A DNA stretch of 57,935 bases from a virus (lineage: Duplodnaviria > Caudoviricetes): the IMG/VR virus record IMGVR_UViG_3300025872_000064, positions 1 through 57,935 of that record, one strand, 5' to 3'. A model generated the notes under the pieces. The model was not told the DNA's origin. It did not search any database and saw only the letters and a list, made by a program, of their open reading frames with translations. Positions 17,120 through 27,200 of this stretch are shown piece by piece. Positions within the stretch are counted from its first letter, which is position 1. Each line of letters opens with the position of its first letter. A program made the position numbers and the translations under genes.

Positions 17120-17974
17120 TTGTTCCTGCACCAGCTACTTGGCGATCTTTACGCCCCGTTGAAGGGGATCAGCGACCGCACCATTCGGCTCTACGGGATG
17201 ACGATCGGCAAGTATCGTCAATTTCTTGGCGGCGTCGAGCCGACAGTAGAGCAACACCTCGACGAACTCGAACTCGCCAAGTTCCTGGCCTGGCGTCTGA
17301 AGACGCGGTCGGTCGGGACGGCGGCGAAGGACAGGGCGCAGTTGCACGCGCTCGCAGAGTTCGCCGCCCGCCGTGGTCTATGCCCTTGGCCGCAGATGCG
17401 CACGATCCGCGTGCCGGAGCGGGTGCCTAGAGCCTGGCTGATCGACGAGTTCAGAAAACTCCTCGTCGCCTGCGATGGAGAGCAAGGCGAAACCTGCGGC
17501 GTGCCGGCGAGCCAATGGTTCCGCGCCATCCTCCAGGCCGCGTACTGGACGGGCGAGCGGATCGGAGGCCTGCTGGCGCTCGAGTGGTCGGACGTCGAGC
17601 CGCAGGCGGTGATCTTCCGCGCCGAGGGGCGGAAGGGGCAGCGGGCCGACATCTACCGGCCGATCCCTCCCGAGTGCTACGAGGCCATCATGGCGACCAA
17701 GACGAGGCGGAAGATCGTCTTCGACTGGGATCGCAGCTACACCCTCATCTGGCACCGCCTCGGCCGCATCTGCGAGCGGGCGGGCCTACCCAATGACCGG
17801 ATGAGCAAGTTCCACCGCGTGAGGAAGACGTCGGCCTCATACTACGCCGCAGCCGGCGGCGACCCGCAGACGCTGATGGGTCACTCGAGTCCGGCCGTCA
17901 CGAGGAAGTACCTAGACCCGAGGATCGTGCGGCCCGACACAAACGCGCCCGACGTCCTGCCGAAAGTCAGTTAG
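17120..17974 (+). CDS. int: Tyrosine recombinase/integrase
   Basis: TGERIG (R), GRK (K), FHRVRK (HxxR), MGHS, TRKY (Y). Confidence 0.9.
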   Translation: MFLHQLLGDLYAPLKGISDRTIRLYGMTIGKYRQFLGGVEPTVEQHLDELELAKFLAWRLKTRSVGTAAKDRAQLHALAEFAARRGLCPWPQMRTIRVPERVPRAWLIDEFRKLLVACDGEQGETCGVPASQWFRAILQAAYWTGERIGGLLALEWSDVEPQAVIFRAEGRKGQRADIYRPIPPECYEAIMATKTRRKIVFDWDRSYTLIWHRLGRICERAGLPNDRMSKFHRVRKTSASYYAAAGGDPQTLMGHSSPAVTRKYLDPRIVRPDTNAPDVLPKVS

Positions 17975-18278
17975 GCTCCACCGGCAGCAACGCCACCGCC
18001 TCGTCCCAAGGGATCACCTCAACGGCAGGCAGCAGGACGGCCTTGTCGGCCGCTTCCCACATCTCATGCAGCCAGCCGCCGGGTTGAATGGCGTGGAGCA
18101 GCGTGGCCGACAGCATGAGCCTGCCGTCTGTGAGTTGGCGAGGGATGGCAACGCAGTCTGGCCTGCCGTATTCGGCGTGGAGTTCCGCAAGCCGCTGGGC
18201 AAGTTCTGGCGTGAACACCAGCGCATGGGCCAGCGAGAACTCTACGGACGGCGGAATGTCGATGTCAGAGAGCGTCAT
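17967..18278 (-). CDS. Hypothetical protein (tail-fibre associated)
   Basis: Coupled to the preceding lectin-domain gene. Confidence 0.6.
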   Translation of the reverse strand: MTLSDIDIPPSVEFSLAHALVFTPELAQRLAELHAEYGRPDCVAIPRQLTDGRLMLSATLLHAIQPGGWLHEMWEAADKAVLLPAVEVIPWDEAVALLPVEPN

Positions 18279-20563
18279 ACTTGCCTGCTTAGTGCTGTCT
18301 GAAACGCCTGCATTGCTGTGTAGTACGCCGCTGACTGCGCGTCGGTCATAGACAGTCCGATGGAGTACCCGCCGAAACGGCCATCAGAGTGGTAGGCGGC
18401 GGTTCCATTTTCATTCAGTGCGAAAACGTATACGTTTCCAGCATAGGTGTTTGTCGCGGTGACGGCTGACGAGGAAGACGCAAGGCTTCCGTTCTTGTAC
18501 AGTGCAAGGCTGCTGGTGGAAGGCTGCGATGACAGCCACATGGCACCGCCGGTGTAGTTCGGAGAAGTGGCCGATGCCACTGTATTACCGCTGTAGGTTA
18601 TGTATGTGCTTGCTGGATTTAGCGTCTCTAGTTCCCAGTAAAACAATGTAGCGGTCGGGACTCGCGCTCCAATGGATACCCGGTAAGTCCCAGACGACTT
18701 GACGCGCTCATAGACTGCCAAGTGCCGGTCGCCAAGTGCAACGGTGTTTGCCGGAAGCCCAGTGTTCAGGAACTTGGTGCTGCCGTCGCCCTTCAGACCG
18801 CCGTTTGCCCCCGTCTCCGCATAGTCGGTGGCGGCGGCAAAACTAGCGTTTGTGTCGGTAGCGCCTCCGTACTGCGTTCCTGAGAGGCTAGGACCGCGAT
18901 AGAGCGGCGTCCTGACGGCGATAAGCGAGGCGTCAGCGGTGCCGCAGAACAGATTCAGCCGGTAGAAGCGATCCCGAATCCCCGCATTTTCGATGTCCAC
19001 GCAGAACTGGTTCACCGCCGTCGCCGTAGTGGACGAGACGGTGCCGCCGTTTGCGTAGACCCGGTTCACCCAGTTCTGCGCGTCGGCATTGCTAACCTGC
19101 GGCGCAAGTACGGCGCCGTACTTAGCCGCCAAGTAAGACATAAGCCGCGCGGCTTCTGCGTCGGTCAGCGCCCTGTTGTAAGCGCCAAACTCTGCGATCT
19201 GGCCGTTCAGGGGAGCGCTGAAGTCTGTCCAGTTAGCCAGCACAAGGCCCACAGATGTGTTGTTGGTGCCGGGATTGCCTGCGGCCCAGATTGCTTTGCT
19301 GTTTACGGCGCCGCGAGATGTCGCCCCGCTAAACCCTGCCACAACGCAGGCTACCGCACCAGACTGCGCGCCTCCAATATCTATGAAAGCAGAGCCGGCC
19401 CAAGTCTTGAGTGTGTTTGACGAAAGGTTGATGGTCACAATCTGCCGCGTGCCGGGAGCCATGCCGTCTACGATTGTTCCAACCGTTCCCGCACCGCCTG
19501 CTCGTACTGCCGCAAAAAACGTATTGGGCTGCGATGTAGCCATCGGAACCGTCAGTCGCTGCGTTCCAGTTGCTGCGATACCTCGCCGCGACCCGACAGT
19601 CGTTGCGCTAACAGTCAGCCTGCTCGCCCCAGTCGCCTGCGTGGCGTGCCTGTTGTTCCCGCTCTTATCACGCCAATACCCCACCGGATCGCTGGTCGCC
19701 GTTGCCTGTGCGTGGACGCCAGCGATCCCCCACTTCGCCGCGAGGTAGGCTTCGACGCGGGCGCGGTCGGTGGTGGAGAGGGCCACATTGAAGTGGATGA
19801 TCTCCGCGATGTAGCCATTGAGGTATTCGGAGGTGGCCCGCGCGCCAATCGTCACCGCTTGGTTGAGGCTGTGGTCTGCGGTCTGGCCGGACGCGGACGC
19901 GGACACCAGACCGTCCAAGAATCCGTTGGCGGCAGTCGTTGAGGTGACGGTGTAGATTCGCGTGGCGGTCGTCGGGTTGACGCTGGCGGTCAACACCTGC
20001 GACGATCCGGCGTTTTTCTGGAGCATCCACACGGACTGGTCGGATCGCACCGCGAGGCCGAATCCGAGCGTGCCGCCGACCGCGCTCAGTTTGGTGTAGA
20101 CGCCCTTGTTCGCCGCCGACACTTGGCGGAACACAACGAAGTAGGTCACATCGTTGGAATTGAAGTCCGCGTTGGCTGGGACGGTCATGGCGTTGGCCGA
20201 ACCATCGAACGTAACCACACTCCTGCCGTTCAGTCCAGCGGCGGTGAGCGTCGGGCGGGCGGTGGTTGTCGCTGTCGCATGGTTGTTGCGGCCACTCTTG
20301 TCCTGCCACCGCGAGATGACGCCGCCTGGCGCGACCTGTGAGCCGCCGCTGGCCGCGTCGAACATGGAGGTGGCATCGGCACCATCCCACCATCCCACGC
20401 ACCCACTGATCTCCGTAGGTGCCGACACCGCCGTCACCGGCCCAGCGTCGGTGGTGTAGAGCGACGAGGCGTCAGCCGCGTCCAGCCAGAGGGCGAGGCC
20501 AGAGATGGATCGCGGATCGAAGCCGGAGGCGCGGGGACGCAGAAGTTTCGGACTCATGCCCAT
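18275..20563 (-). CDS. Virion protein with LamG/concanavalin-like domains (tail fibre or receptor-binding candidate)
   Basis: LWLDAAD, W.DKSG.N.HAT, LNG.IAE, YLAAK.G motifs occur twice; C-terminal GLKGDGSTKFLNTG domain. Confidence 0.75.
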   Translation of the reverse strand: MGMSPKLLRPRASGFDPRSISGLALWLDAADASSLYTTDAGPVTAVSAPTEISGCVGWWDGADATSMFDAASGGSQVAPGGVISRWQDKSGRNNHATATTTARPTLTAAGLNGRSVVTFDGSANAMTVPANADFNSNDVTYFVVFRQVSAANKGVYTKLSAVGGTLGFGLAVRSDQSVWMLQKNAGSSQVLTASVNPTTATRIYTVTSTTAANGFLDGLVSASASGQTADHSLNQAVTIGARATSEYLNGYIAEIIHFNVALSTTDRARVEAYLAAKWGIAGVHAQATATSDPVGYWRDKSGNNRHATQATGASRLTVSATTVGSRRGIAATGTQRLTVPMATSQPNTFFAAVRAGGAGTVGTIVDGMAPGTRQIVTINLSSNTLKTWAGSAFIDIGGAQSGAVACVVAGFSGATSRGAVNSKAIWAAGNPGTNNTSVGLVLANWTDFSAPLNGQIAEFGAYNRALTDAEAARLMSYLAAKYGAVLAPQVSNADAQNWVNRVYANGGTVSSTTATAVNQFCVDIENAGIRDRFYRLNLFCGTADASLIAVRTPLYRGPSLSGTQYGGATDTNASFAAATDYAETGANGGLKGDGSTKFLNTGLPANTVALGDRHLAVYERVKSSGTYRVSIGARVPTATLFYWELETLNPASTYITYSGNTVASATSPNYTGGAMWLSSQPSTSSLALYKNGSLASSSSAVTATNTYAGNVYVFALNENGTAAYHSDGRFGGYSIGLSMTDAQSAAYYTAMQAFQTALSRQV

Positions 20564-20566
20564 GCG

Positions 20567-20878
20567 TCAGTTCCTCGCCTGTTCCTCGACCACGGCCTTC
20601 ACGAACTGATGCAGTTCGCGCTGGCCGTGCGACAGTTCCTGGAGCGTCATGGCCTGCTGGCGTTGCACTTGCCCGATCTCTTTGAGCGTCTCGGCCGTCG
20701 TGTCCAGAAACTCGACATGGGACTTCACCATCGGCTCGACAACCGTGCCGTGGATGGCGATCGCGGCCTCGCGGCCAAAGAACATCACGACCGCGAGGAT
20801 CACGCACGGCACGCCGAACCTGTCGGCAATGCGGAGAAACGTGTCCAAGACGCTCTGCTTGATCTCCTCGGCCGTCAC
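20567..20878 (-). CDS. Single-TM protein with coiled coil (holin-like)
   Basis: FGVPCVILAVVMFF helix plus heptad tail. Confidence 0.5.
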   Translation of the reverse strand: MTAEEIKQSVLDTFLRIADRFGVPCVILAVVMFFGREAAIAIHGTVVEPMVKSHVEFLDTTAETLKEIGQVQRQQAMTLQELSHGQRELHQFVKAVVEEQARN

Positions 20879-20891
20879 GGTCGCCCCCTCG

Positions 20892-21245
20892 TCAGGTCTT
20901 GAGGAGGACGACGCACGACACCGCCGTGCCGGCGGCTTGGCCGGCGACGAGTTTCAACGCTCCGACGCCATAGGCGGCGTCTGGGAGAGCGTAGACGCGG
21001 GCCTCGGTGGCCGACTGGGCCAAGGCGATGTCGGCCGCGCTGCCGCTGGCGTCATAGAGCCGGCCGAACGTGCCGTCCGTCGTGCCGCTGCACCAGAGTT
21101 GAATCGAGGTGGCCGCGGTCGCGCCGGTGCCGAGAAGCACCGCACCGCCGGCAACGTCGTCCCAGCGAATCGTGGTGGCCGACGCGGTCGCCGTGGACAG
21201 CGTGACGGGAAGCGACTTGAACTTCCGCCGAATCTTCGGTTCCAT
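20892..21245 (-). CDS. Hypothetical beta-rich virion protein
   Basis: A/T/G-rich; AAGGAGG RBS before ATG at 21245. Confidence 0.6.
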   Translation of the reverse strand: MEPKIRRKFKSLPVTLSTATASATTIRWDDVAGGAVLLGTGATAATSIQLWCSGTTDGTFGRLYDASGSAADIALAQSATEARVYALPDAAYGVGALKLVAGQAAGTAVSCVVLLKT

Positions 21246-21306
21246 CGCAGGCACCTCCTTGTGCGTTGCGGGCCTCTATGGGCCTCACGGGGCGTGCTAC
21301 ACGGGG

Positions 21307-21864
21307 CTATACCACCATTGTAGCGGCCTGTAGCCGGCTCATTGCGGCATCGACGGCGGTCTGGAGGGCGAAAATCCCACCGTCGTTGACGATCTCGTCG
21401 TCGACGTATTCGTCGGGAATGCCGCGCTCGCTCTCGTGGCTCGCCGCTTCGCCGTCCAGAACGCCGAAGCCGGGGCGCACCACCCGCCACACGACGCCGC
21501 CGCGGGCCTTGATAGCCGCCGCCTCGTTGGGGAAGCGGACGTCGGTGATGCAGAAATTGACCCCCGGCGAGGACTCGATCTTCTGCATCGTCGCCATGAC
21601 CCAGATTTCCTCGTGGATCATCTTCCGGCCCCACTCGGTGCCGAGGGTCTGGAGAAGTTTCCGTGGGGAGGCGTCGAGCCAGCCCAGCGGCTGCTCCTTT
21701 CGGCTCCGATCCTGCAACTCCTCGACCGTCAGCCCGGTGATCGCCGACACGGCCTCGTAGATCGGATCGGCAAACGCCAGCGGCACGAACTTATGCTCCA
21801 GGCACAGGCGCTCCGCAACCGTGTTCTTCCCCGCCCCGGCCGCCCCGCAGAGTCCAATGATCAC
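21307..21864 (-). CDS. Deoxynucleoside monophosphate kinase
   Basis: IIGLCGAAGAGKNT, FADP, PRKLLQTLGTEWGR, ITDVRFPNE, HESE. Confidence 0.92.
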   Translation of the reverse strand: MIIGLCGAAGAGKNTVAERLCLEHKFVPLAFADPIYEAVSAITGLTVEELQDRSRKEQPLGWLDASPRKLLQTLGTEWGRKMIHEEIWVMATMQKIESSPGVNFCITDVRFPNEAAAIKARGGVVWRVVRPGFGVLDGEAASHESERGIPDEYVDDEIVNDGGIFALQTAVDAAMSRLQAATMVV

Positions 21865-22364
21865 AGCGTCATCTCCTGGCCGTCGAATCGGATCGTCACC
21901 CCCAGCGGCTCCGCGAGCCACCGCATACTGACGTTCGCCTCGCGTAGCATGGCCTCGGCCTTGACGATGCTTGCCGTCCACCGCTCCGGTGTCGCGGCTC
22001 GCGGCCGAACATGGCCGACGACCTCGGTGATCCCGGCCACGATGATCGCCCTGGCGCAGTCCATGCAGGCGAACCAGGGGCAGTAAAGCGTCGCCCCCAG
22101 CGTCGGCGTGCCGACTCGCGCGGCCTGATAGATCGCCATCCGCTCCGCGTGTTCGATGTAGTCATATTTCGCCGGCCGCGCGAGCCGATCCGGCGCCGCC
22201 CACACTCCCGCCGGCACCTTGTTGATCCCGACGCAGACGTAGGCCGCGGCCCGCGGCACCAGGATCGCGCCGTTCTGGGTGTGCATGTCGTGGCTTCCGG
22301 CAGCGGCCTCCTGGGCGGCGATGCGGAGCCAGTCGAGCGGGGTGTTGTGGTGCAGGGTAGCCAT
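21861..22364 (-). CDS. dCMP deaminase
   Basis: HAERMAI and ACMDCARAII zinc motifs. Confidence 0.88.
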   Translation of the reverse strand: MATLHHNTPLDWLRIAAQEAAAGSHDMHTQNGAILVPRAAAYVCVGINKVPAGVWAAPDRLARPAKYDYIEHAERMAIYQAARVGTPTLGATLYCPWFACMDCARAIIVAGITEVVGHVRPRAATPERWTASIVKAEAMLREANVSMRWLAEPLGVTIRFDGQEMTL

Positions 22365-23521
22365 TATTCCGCCCCCGCAACGTGCATCGACACCAGGCCG
22401 CCCTCGGGGCGGTAGAGGAACGTCTCCATCGCCCGCCGTGAGCCGATGAACCCGTTCTCGGCGTGCCAGTCATCCGGCGGGCAGAGGGCCGGCGCTGTCC
22501 TCACGATCACGCCGTCGATCGTCTCGATGGGCCGTTGCCACTCTGCGGCCTGCGAGTGGTAGTGGCCTGTGTGCCACTCCCGGCAGACAGCGTTGCTCCA
22601 GTGACGCGGCTGCTCGAGCGCCATGATCTGGCCCAGTTTCCGCTTGGCCTTGTGGCCGTGGCAGAAGCCGATCAGGTTCTTACCGTGCGTCGCGTACTGC
22701 CGGCCTGTCCACGCCTCGGACACCGTGACGCGGCCGTCCTTGCGGAATCGCTCCATCAGCACCCGCTGGAATGCCCAGGACAGCGTCTCGTCGTGGTTTC
22801 CGTTGACCACCAGGACGTCCGTCGGCGCCGTTTCGGCCGACCGCTCGACGATCTCTAGGAGCGTGTCCCAGCCGATCTCGAGCATCTTCTGGAGCCGGCC
22901 GTCCCGCTCGAGTTGCGTGCCGGACGTCGTCTGCCCCTTGGGGTTGTCATAGTGCAGGAGGTCGCCAAGAAACGCGATCGTCCGGCGGGCCGGCTTCAAG
23001 GCGTCGCCGACGGCGAGAAGCTCGCCCGCTGCCTGCCGCACCACCTTCTCGGCGATGTAGAGATCGTAGTCCTCGGCCCCGGTGGTTCCGCGCCAGGCGT
23101 ATTTCCCGAAGTGGGCATCGGCCACGACCACGACTTGCCAGAGGCCACTGCGCTTCGACGGCTTCGGCACGGCCTTGCGGCGCAGGTCTTTCGTCGCCGC
23201 CTTGATCATCGCCTCGACGCACTCGCGGACCCCAGGCCCAGCCTTGGGCTTGAGCCTGACGAAGACGCGATGTAGTTCGATGCTGCCGCCGTTTCCGTCG
23301 CCGCACTCCCACTTGGTGGCTTCAGACGAGGCGACTTCGTATGCCTGCATATCCGCGCCGATATGCCGCAGGAGGTCTTCGACGGTCTTGATCCTTCGCG
23401 AGGTGCTTTTCGCCTCCAGCGTGTCGCCGTCCTGCCGCTGCGTGACCTGTTCGGAGTCCGCGGCCGGCGTTTCCGCAGGCAGCGACGAGATGATCGCCGC
23501 CTTCAGCCCCTTTGCAGCCAT
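22364..23521 (-). CDS. Calcineurin-like metallophosphoesterase
   Basis: ADAHFG, GDLLH, GNHD, CHGH, GHYH. Confidence 0.85.
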   Translation of the reverse strand: MAAKGLKAAIISSLPAETPAADSEQVTQRQDGDTLEAKSTSRRIKTVEDLLRHIGADMQAYEVASSEATKWECGDGNGGSIELHRVFVRLKPKAGPGVRECVEAMIKAATKDLRRKAVPKPSKRSGLWQVVVVADAHFGKYAWRGTTGAEDYDLYIAEKVVRQAAGELLAVGDALKPARRTIAFLGDLLHYDNPKGQTTSGTQLERDGRLQKMLEIGWDTLLEIVERSAETAPTDVLVVNGNHDETLSWAFQRVLMERFRKDGRVTVSEAWTGRQYATHGKNLIGFCHGHKAKRKLGQIMALEQPRHWSNAVCREWHTGHYHSQAAEWQRPIETIDGVIVRTAPALCPPDDWHAENGFIGSRRAMETFLYRPEGGLVSMHVAGAE

Positions 23522-23838
23522 GCTTCGACTCCTGGGAATCCGATCTTGCAGATGTCGCGCTCGTTGAGTTGCTTGGCAATCGCCTTGGCGAGCGTGCGGC
23601 GAGGCGTCTTGATGGCGCCGGCCCGAAACTGCCGCTTGATCTCGTCCAGTTCCGCCCTGGCTTCCGGTGCCACGTTGTCGATCCAGTACCCGATGCCGTG
23701 GTAGGTGTCGGGGAGCGTGGCGACAACGGCGTCAAGCAGGCTCGTCGCGGAGGCTCCAGAGGACGCGGGAGATGTCGCGGGCGGCCTCGGTAACGTGTTC
23801 TTCGCTGGCCGTTGGGAACGAGACATGGATGCACTCAT
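23503..23838 (-). CDS. Hypothetical protein (start uncertain)
   Basis: C-terminal ~80 aa look coding; lies between coupled genes. Confidence 0.5.
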   Translation of the reverse strand: MSASMSRSQRPAKNTLPRPPATSPASSGASATSLLDAVVATLPDTYHGIGYWIDNVAPEARAELDEIKRQFRAGAIKTPRRTLAKAIAKQLNERDICKIGFPGVEAWLQRG

Positions 23839-24016
23839 GCAGGATCGTCTCCAGGCGGGCGCGGCCCTTGAGCCGCTCGTCGATCAGAATCTTTCGCGGC
23901 ATCTTCGGGTTCTTCGCATCCGGCAAGTACGCCCACCCGGCCGCCCGCCCCCGCAGCCGCGTGAAGCGGAGGAGCCATCTGACGCCGTGGATCGTGAAGT
24001 GGTGGTCGCCGGCCAT
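23732..24016 (-). CDS. Small HExxH metallopeptidase-like protein
   Basis: LETILHECIH...SEEHV. Confidence 0.65.
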   Translation of the reverse strand: MAGDHHFTIHGVRWLLRFTRLRGRAAGWAYLPDAKNPKMPRKILIDERLKGRARLETILHECIHVSFPTASEEHVTEAARDISRVLWSLRDEPA

Positions 24017-24038
24017 AGGTAATATCGTGACAAGTAGC

Positions 24039-24290
24039 CTAGGGGTTGTCCACGCCGATTCCGATGATTTTACCTAGTTTATTGAGCGCGGCTTGCCGTT
24101 CAGGACACCGGCACGGCGCCCCCGTGATCGCCGAAACTCGCTCCTTGGTAATGCCAACGGACTCCAAGCCGGCGGCGACGTAGTCTCCCAGGCCGCCGCG
24201 GCACTCTCGACGCTCCGTCCTGCCGCCCTCGGGGAGCGGGCGGCGGCAGATGACACACATCCTGCTGTTATAGATGCACCGGGCCATCAC
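24039..24290 (-). CDS. Conserved Cys-rich phage protein
   Basis: GLGD.V...GITK...PC.C.ERQ..LN. Confidence 0.65.
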   Translation of the reverse strand: MMARCIYNSRMCVICRRPLPEGGRTERRECRGGLGDYVAAGLESVGITKERVSAITGAPCRCPERQAALNKLGKIIGIGVDNP

Positions 24291-27200
24291 TCAATCCTGA
24301 AGGTGATGTCAGGAAAGCCGCACCGTCGCGTTCGCGTGAAATCGTATTGCACGGACGGCACTTGCGAATTGCAGTAGGCTTGCGTCGATGCCTGAAACGT
24401 ATCCCCTACTGCATGATCGTCTGTGTCCGCTGGCGGCTTGTAGCGGATCAGTTCCCACCCGTTCTCCTCGCTCACTTCTCCGCTGCACTCGACTGTGTCC
24501 AGCGGCTCCACGGTGGCAGTAATCGTCCTATTGAAATACTTTCCGCCAGAGATCAGCGTCACGCTGGCAAGGTGCGTGCGCTGCTTGTAAAACAAACCAC
24601 CGCCGTATATCTCGACGTCCTCAACAATCCCATTGTCGCTGTAGAGATAGCCACCAAACAAGATGTCGACGCTGACGATGGCGCCGCTTTCGTCGGTCGT
24701 GACCGTCGCGTAGGGGTTGTCATACTCTTGGTCGCCACCCGAGAAGATCACCTCGGCGCCATTCTCGTAGCCAGAACCTCCGTCAATGATCGTCACCGAC
24801 GATACCATCCAGTACCCTTCCTGGTACGTTTCCTGGAGGGTCGCCTCCAGCACGGCCCCGCTCCCGCCGGCAACGCTCAACGTGATCGTCGGCTCGACGC
24901 GCCCCGTGCGAAGCACGATCTCCGCCGCCTGGACTTCAGAATCATCTTCGCCAAGCACGATCGCGGCATATTGACCGTCTTCGTATCCCGTCCCGCCGTC
25001 CACGATTGTGACGGACGATATAGACCAGACGTCATTTTCAGAGTCATACGAGTACGCAAGCGTAAAGTTGCCGCTGCCGCCGATCGACAGCGTTGGCTGT
25101 TCGCGGTTGGGGGGCGATGCTGTTGCGATGGCTGGAATTGCCTCGACACCATCGGCGCCGGTAGCCGTGAAGTCCAGCCCAACAGGCTCGTAGTAGCCGG
25201 AGCCGCCGCTGATGATCGACACGGCAGACACATACCAGAACGGATTGCCACTGACGTCGGTGCCGGAAGCGAGCGAAACAGAGAACACGGCGTTCCCTGG
25301 TGGCGCCGTGGCGACGACCGTAGGCTGCGAGTAAGTGACCGTGGTCTTGTAGTTGCTGCGGCCGATGAGGATGCGTGGGTAGTAGGAATAGCCTGGATAG
25401 CCGGGAACGTCCTGAACGGCGATAGACGAAAGCGAGGCGCCACCCCGCACCAACCCTGGCGAAGACACAGATGCCGACTGAATGCCGCCATTTACAATCG
25501 TTGCCAGAAACGATGGCGTATTTACAACATGGCCGACAGAGAAGTTCGACAGCGTAAACGGCCAGTCGCCGTCCGCAAGTGTGGAGCCACCACCTGGCGA
25601 GTTTACTGAAACCGACGTCAGCGTGTAGTTGCCATTACCGGATGAAGTAAATCCAAATGACAGCGATGGCGGTTGGCTGAATCCAGCAACCCCATCAAAT
25701 GAAGTGGCAACCGGAGTCGAGTAGGTGTATTCGACGTCAGCGGGGACGAAGAACGTGTCATCTGTTCCGAGGTTGCCGTTTGCTGGTTGAACATACGCCT
25801 CGTCATCAAATACTTGCGGGACGTATAGGTTGCTCCCAGGCGATGTGATTGTGAATGACTCAAGCCACCACACAGGCTGCCCTGCAAGGTCTTCTGTTTG
25901 CTTGCAGACTGGCGTTAGCACTGGCTGGACTGCCGACGATGGCTGTGTTGGTTGCCAGATTGCCCACGTTCCGGTCGGCGGGACTCTGCTGAAAAGCCTT
26001 CTGGCCCATAACCTCTCGTCGTAGACCGTGCTGCTCGGGACAGACCATGTCATCCCATGATAGACGAAGACATACTCGCCCCCAGGCGTGTAGTCGACGG
26101 AGCGTATGTCTTCCGGCAACGACCGGCCCGCCGGCGAGCCAGTTCCAGCCGCTCCGCTCGTAGACGCCCTGATTGAAAGCGTCCTGTTTTCGCCGTATCT
26201 GTATGTTGTTGGCGGTGTGGTGTTTGTCTGGTTCAGCGAGCCTCCGCAGCCAATACACGGTGCCAGCGGGTAGTCTTCGCTTTCTGTTGCAGAGCAGAAT
26301 CCGAAGTCGATGGCAGTGAAGCACTCCCCGCCAACGAAGTTGAGTCCGATCTCGCCAGACTGCTGCCACATGATGTAGGCAGTGGCCTCGGCCCCAGAGC
26401 CACCGCCGCCTGAAAATGACAGCGCAGGAGGTGCCGAGTAGGAGCCGCCAGACTGGACGCCGACGCTGTAAACGCCGCCAGGCGTGAAATGCGGCGTTGC
26501 CGTAGCGCCAGCCCCACCACCGCCGGAGATTGCCACGGTCGGCCACCCGATCGGGATCGCGCCGCTCGCATTTCTGTAGAGTCCAGGATTCGTGACAACG
26601 ATTTCCGCGACAGAGCCAGAAACCGTCAGCGTGCCGGCCGCGCCGCTTCCGCCACCACCCTCAAAGGCGAGCGGTGCATTGAGCGGATAGCCAGACCCGC
26701 CAGATTGAATCGACACAGAGGCCACGCGGTAGCGGAGAACGGCGACTGCGGCGGCGCCTGTGCCGCCGCCGCCGGAGATCGTGACGGTTGGCGCCGACGT
26801 ATATCCAGAGCCACCGATGACCACCGTCACCACAGTGACTGCCCCATCCGGCGAGATGGACGCCGTTGCAGAACAACCAGAGCCGCCGCCGCCAGATACA
26901 GAGACTGTCGGCGCTGACGTGTAGCCGCTGCCGCCGCTGGCGATTTCGATGGCGTAGACATACCCGGACATGACGGCGGTTGCTTCTAGGCCGGAGCCGA
27001 CGCTGGCCGAAACTGTTGGCGGCGAAGTGTAAAGCGAGCCGCCGTTGGTGACGACAGCCGCCGTTCCGCCACCGCGAACGACAGCAGTCGCCGCAGCCGC
27101 TGTCACCGCCACGCCGCCGGAGATCGTCACGGTCGGGGGCGATGTGTAGCCAGAGCCTCCGCTCGTGACCTCTACTGACTGAAGCGACTGTCGCACTTCG

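Noticed and set aside
17120-17974. Integron integrase IntI
   Set aside because: Short, lacks the visible IntI-specific insertion, and is not adjacent to the array
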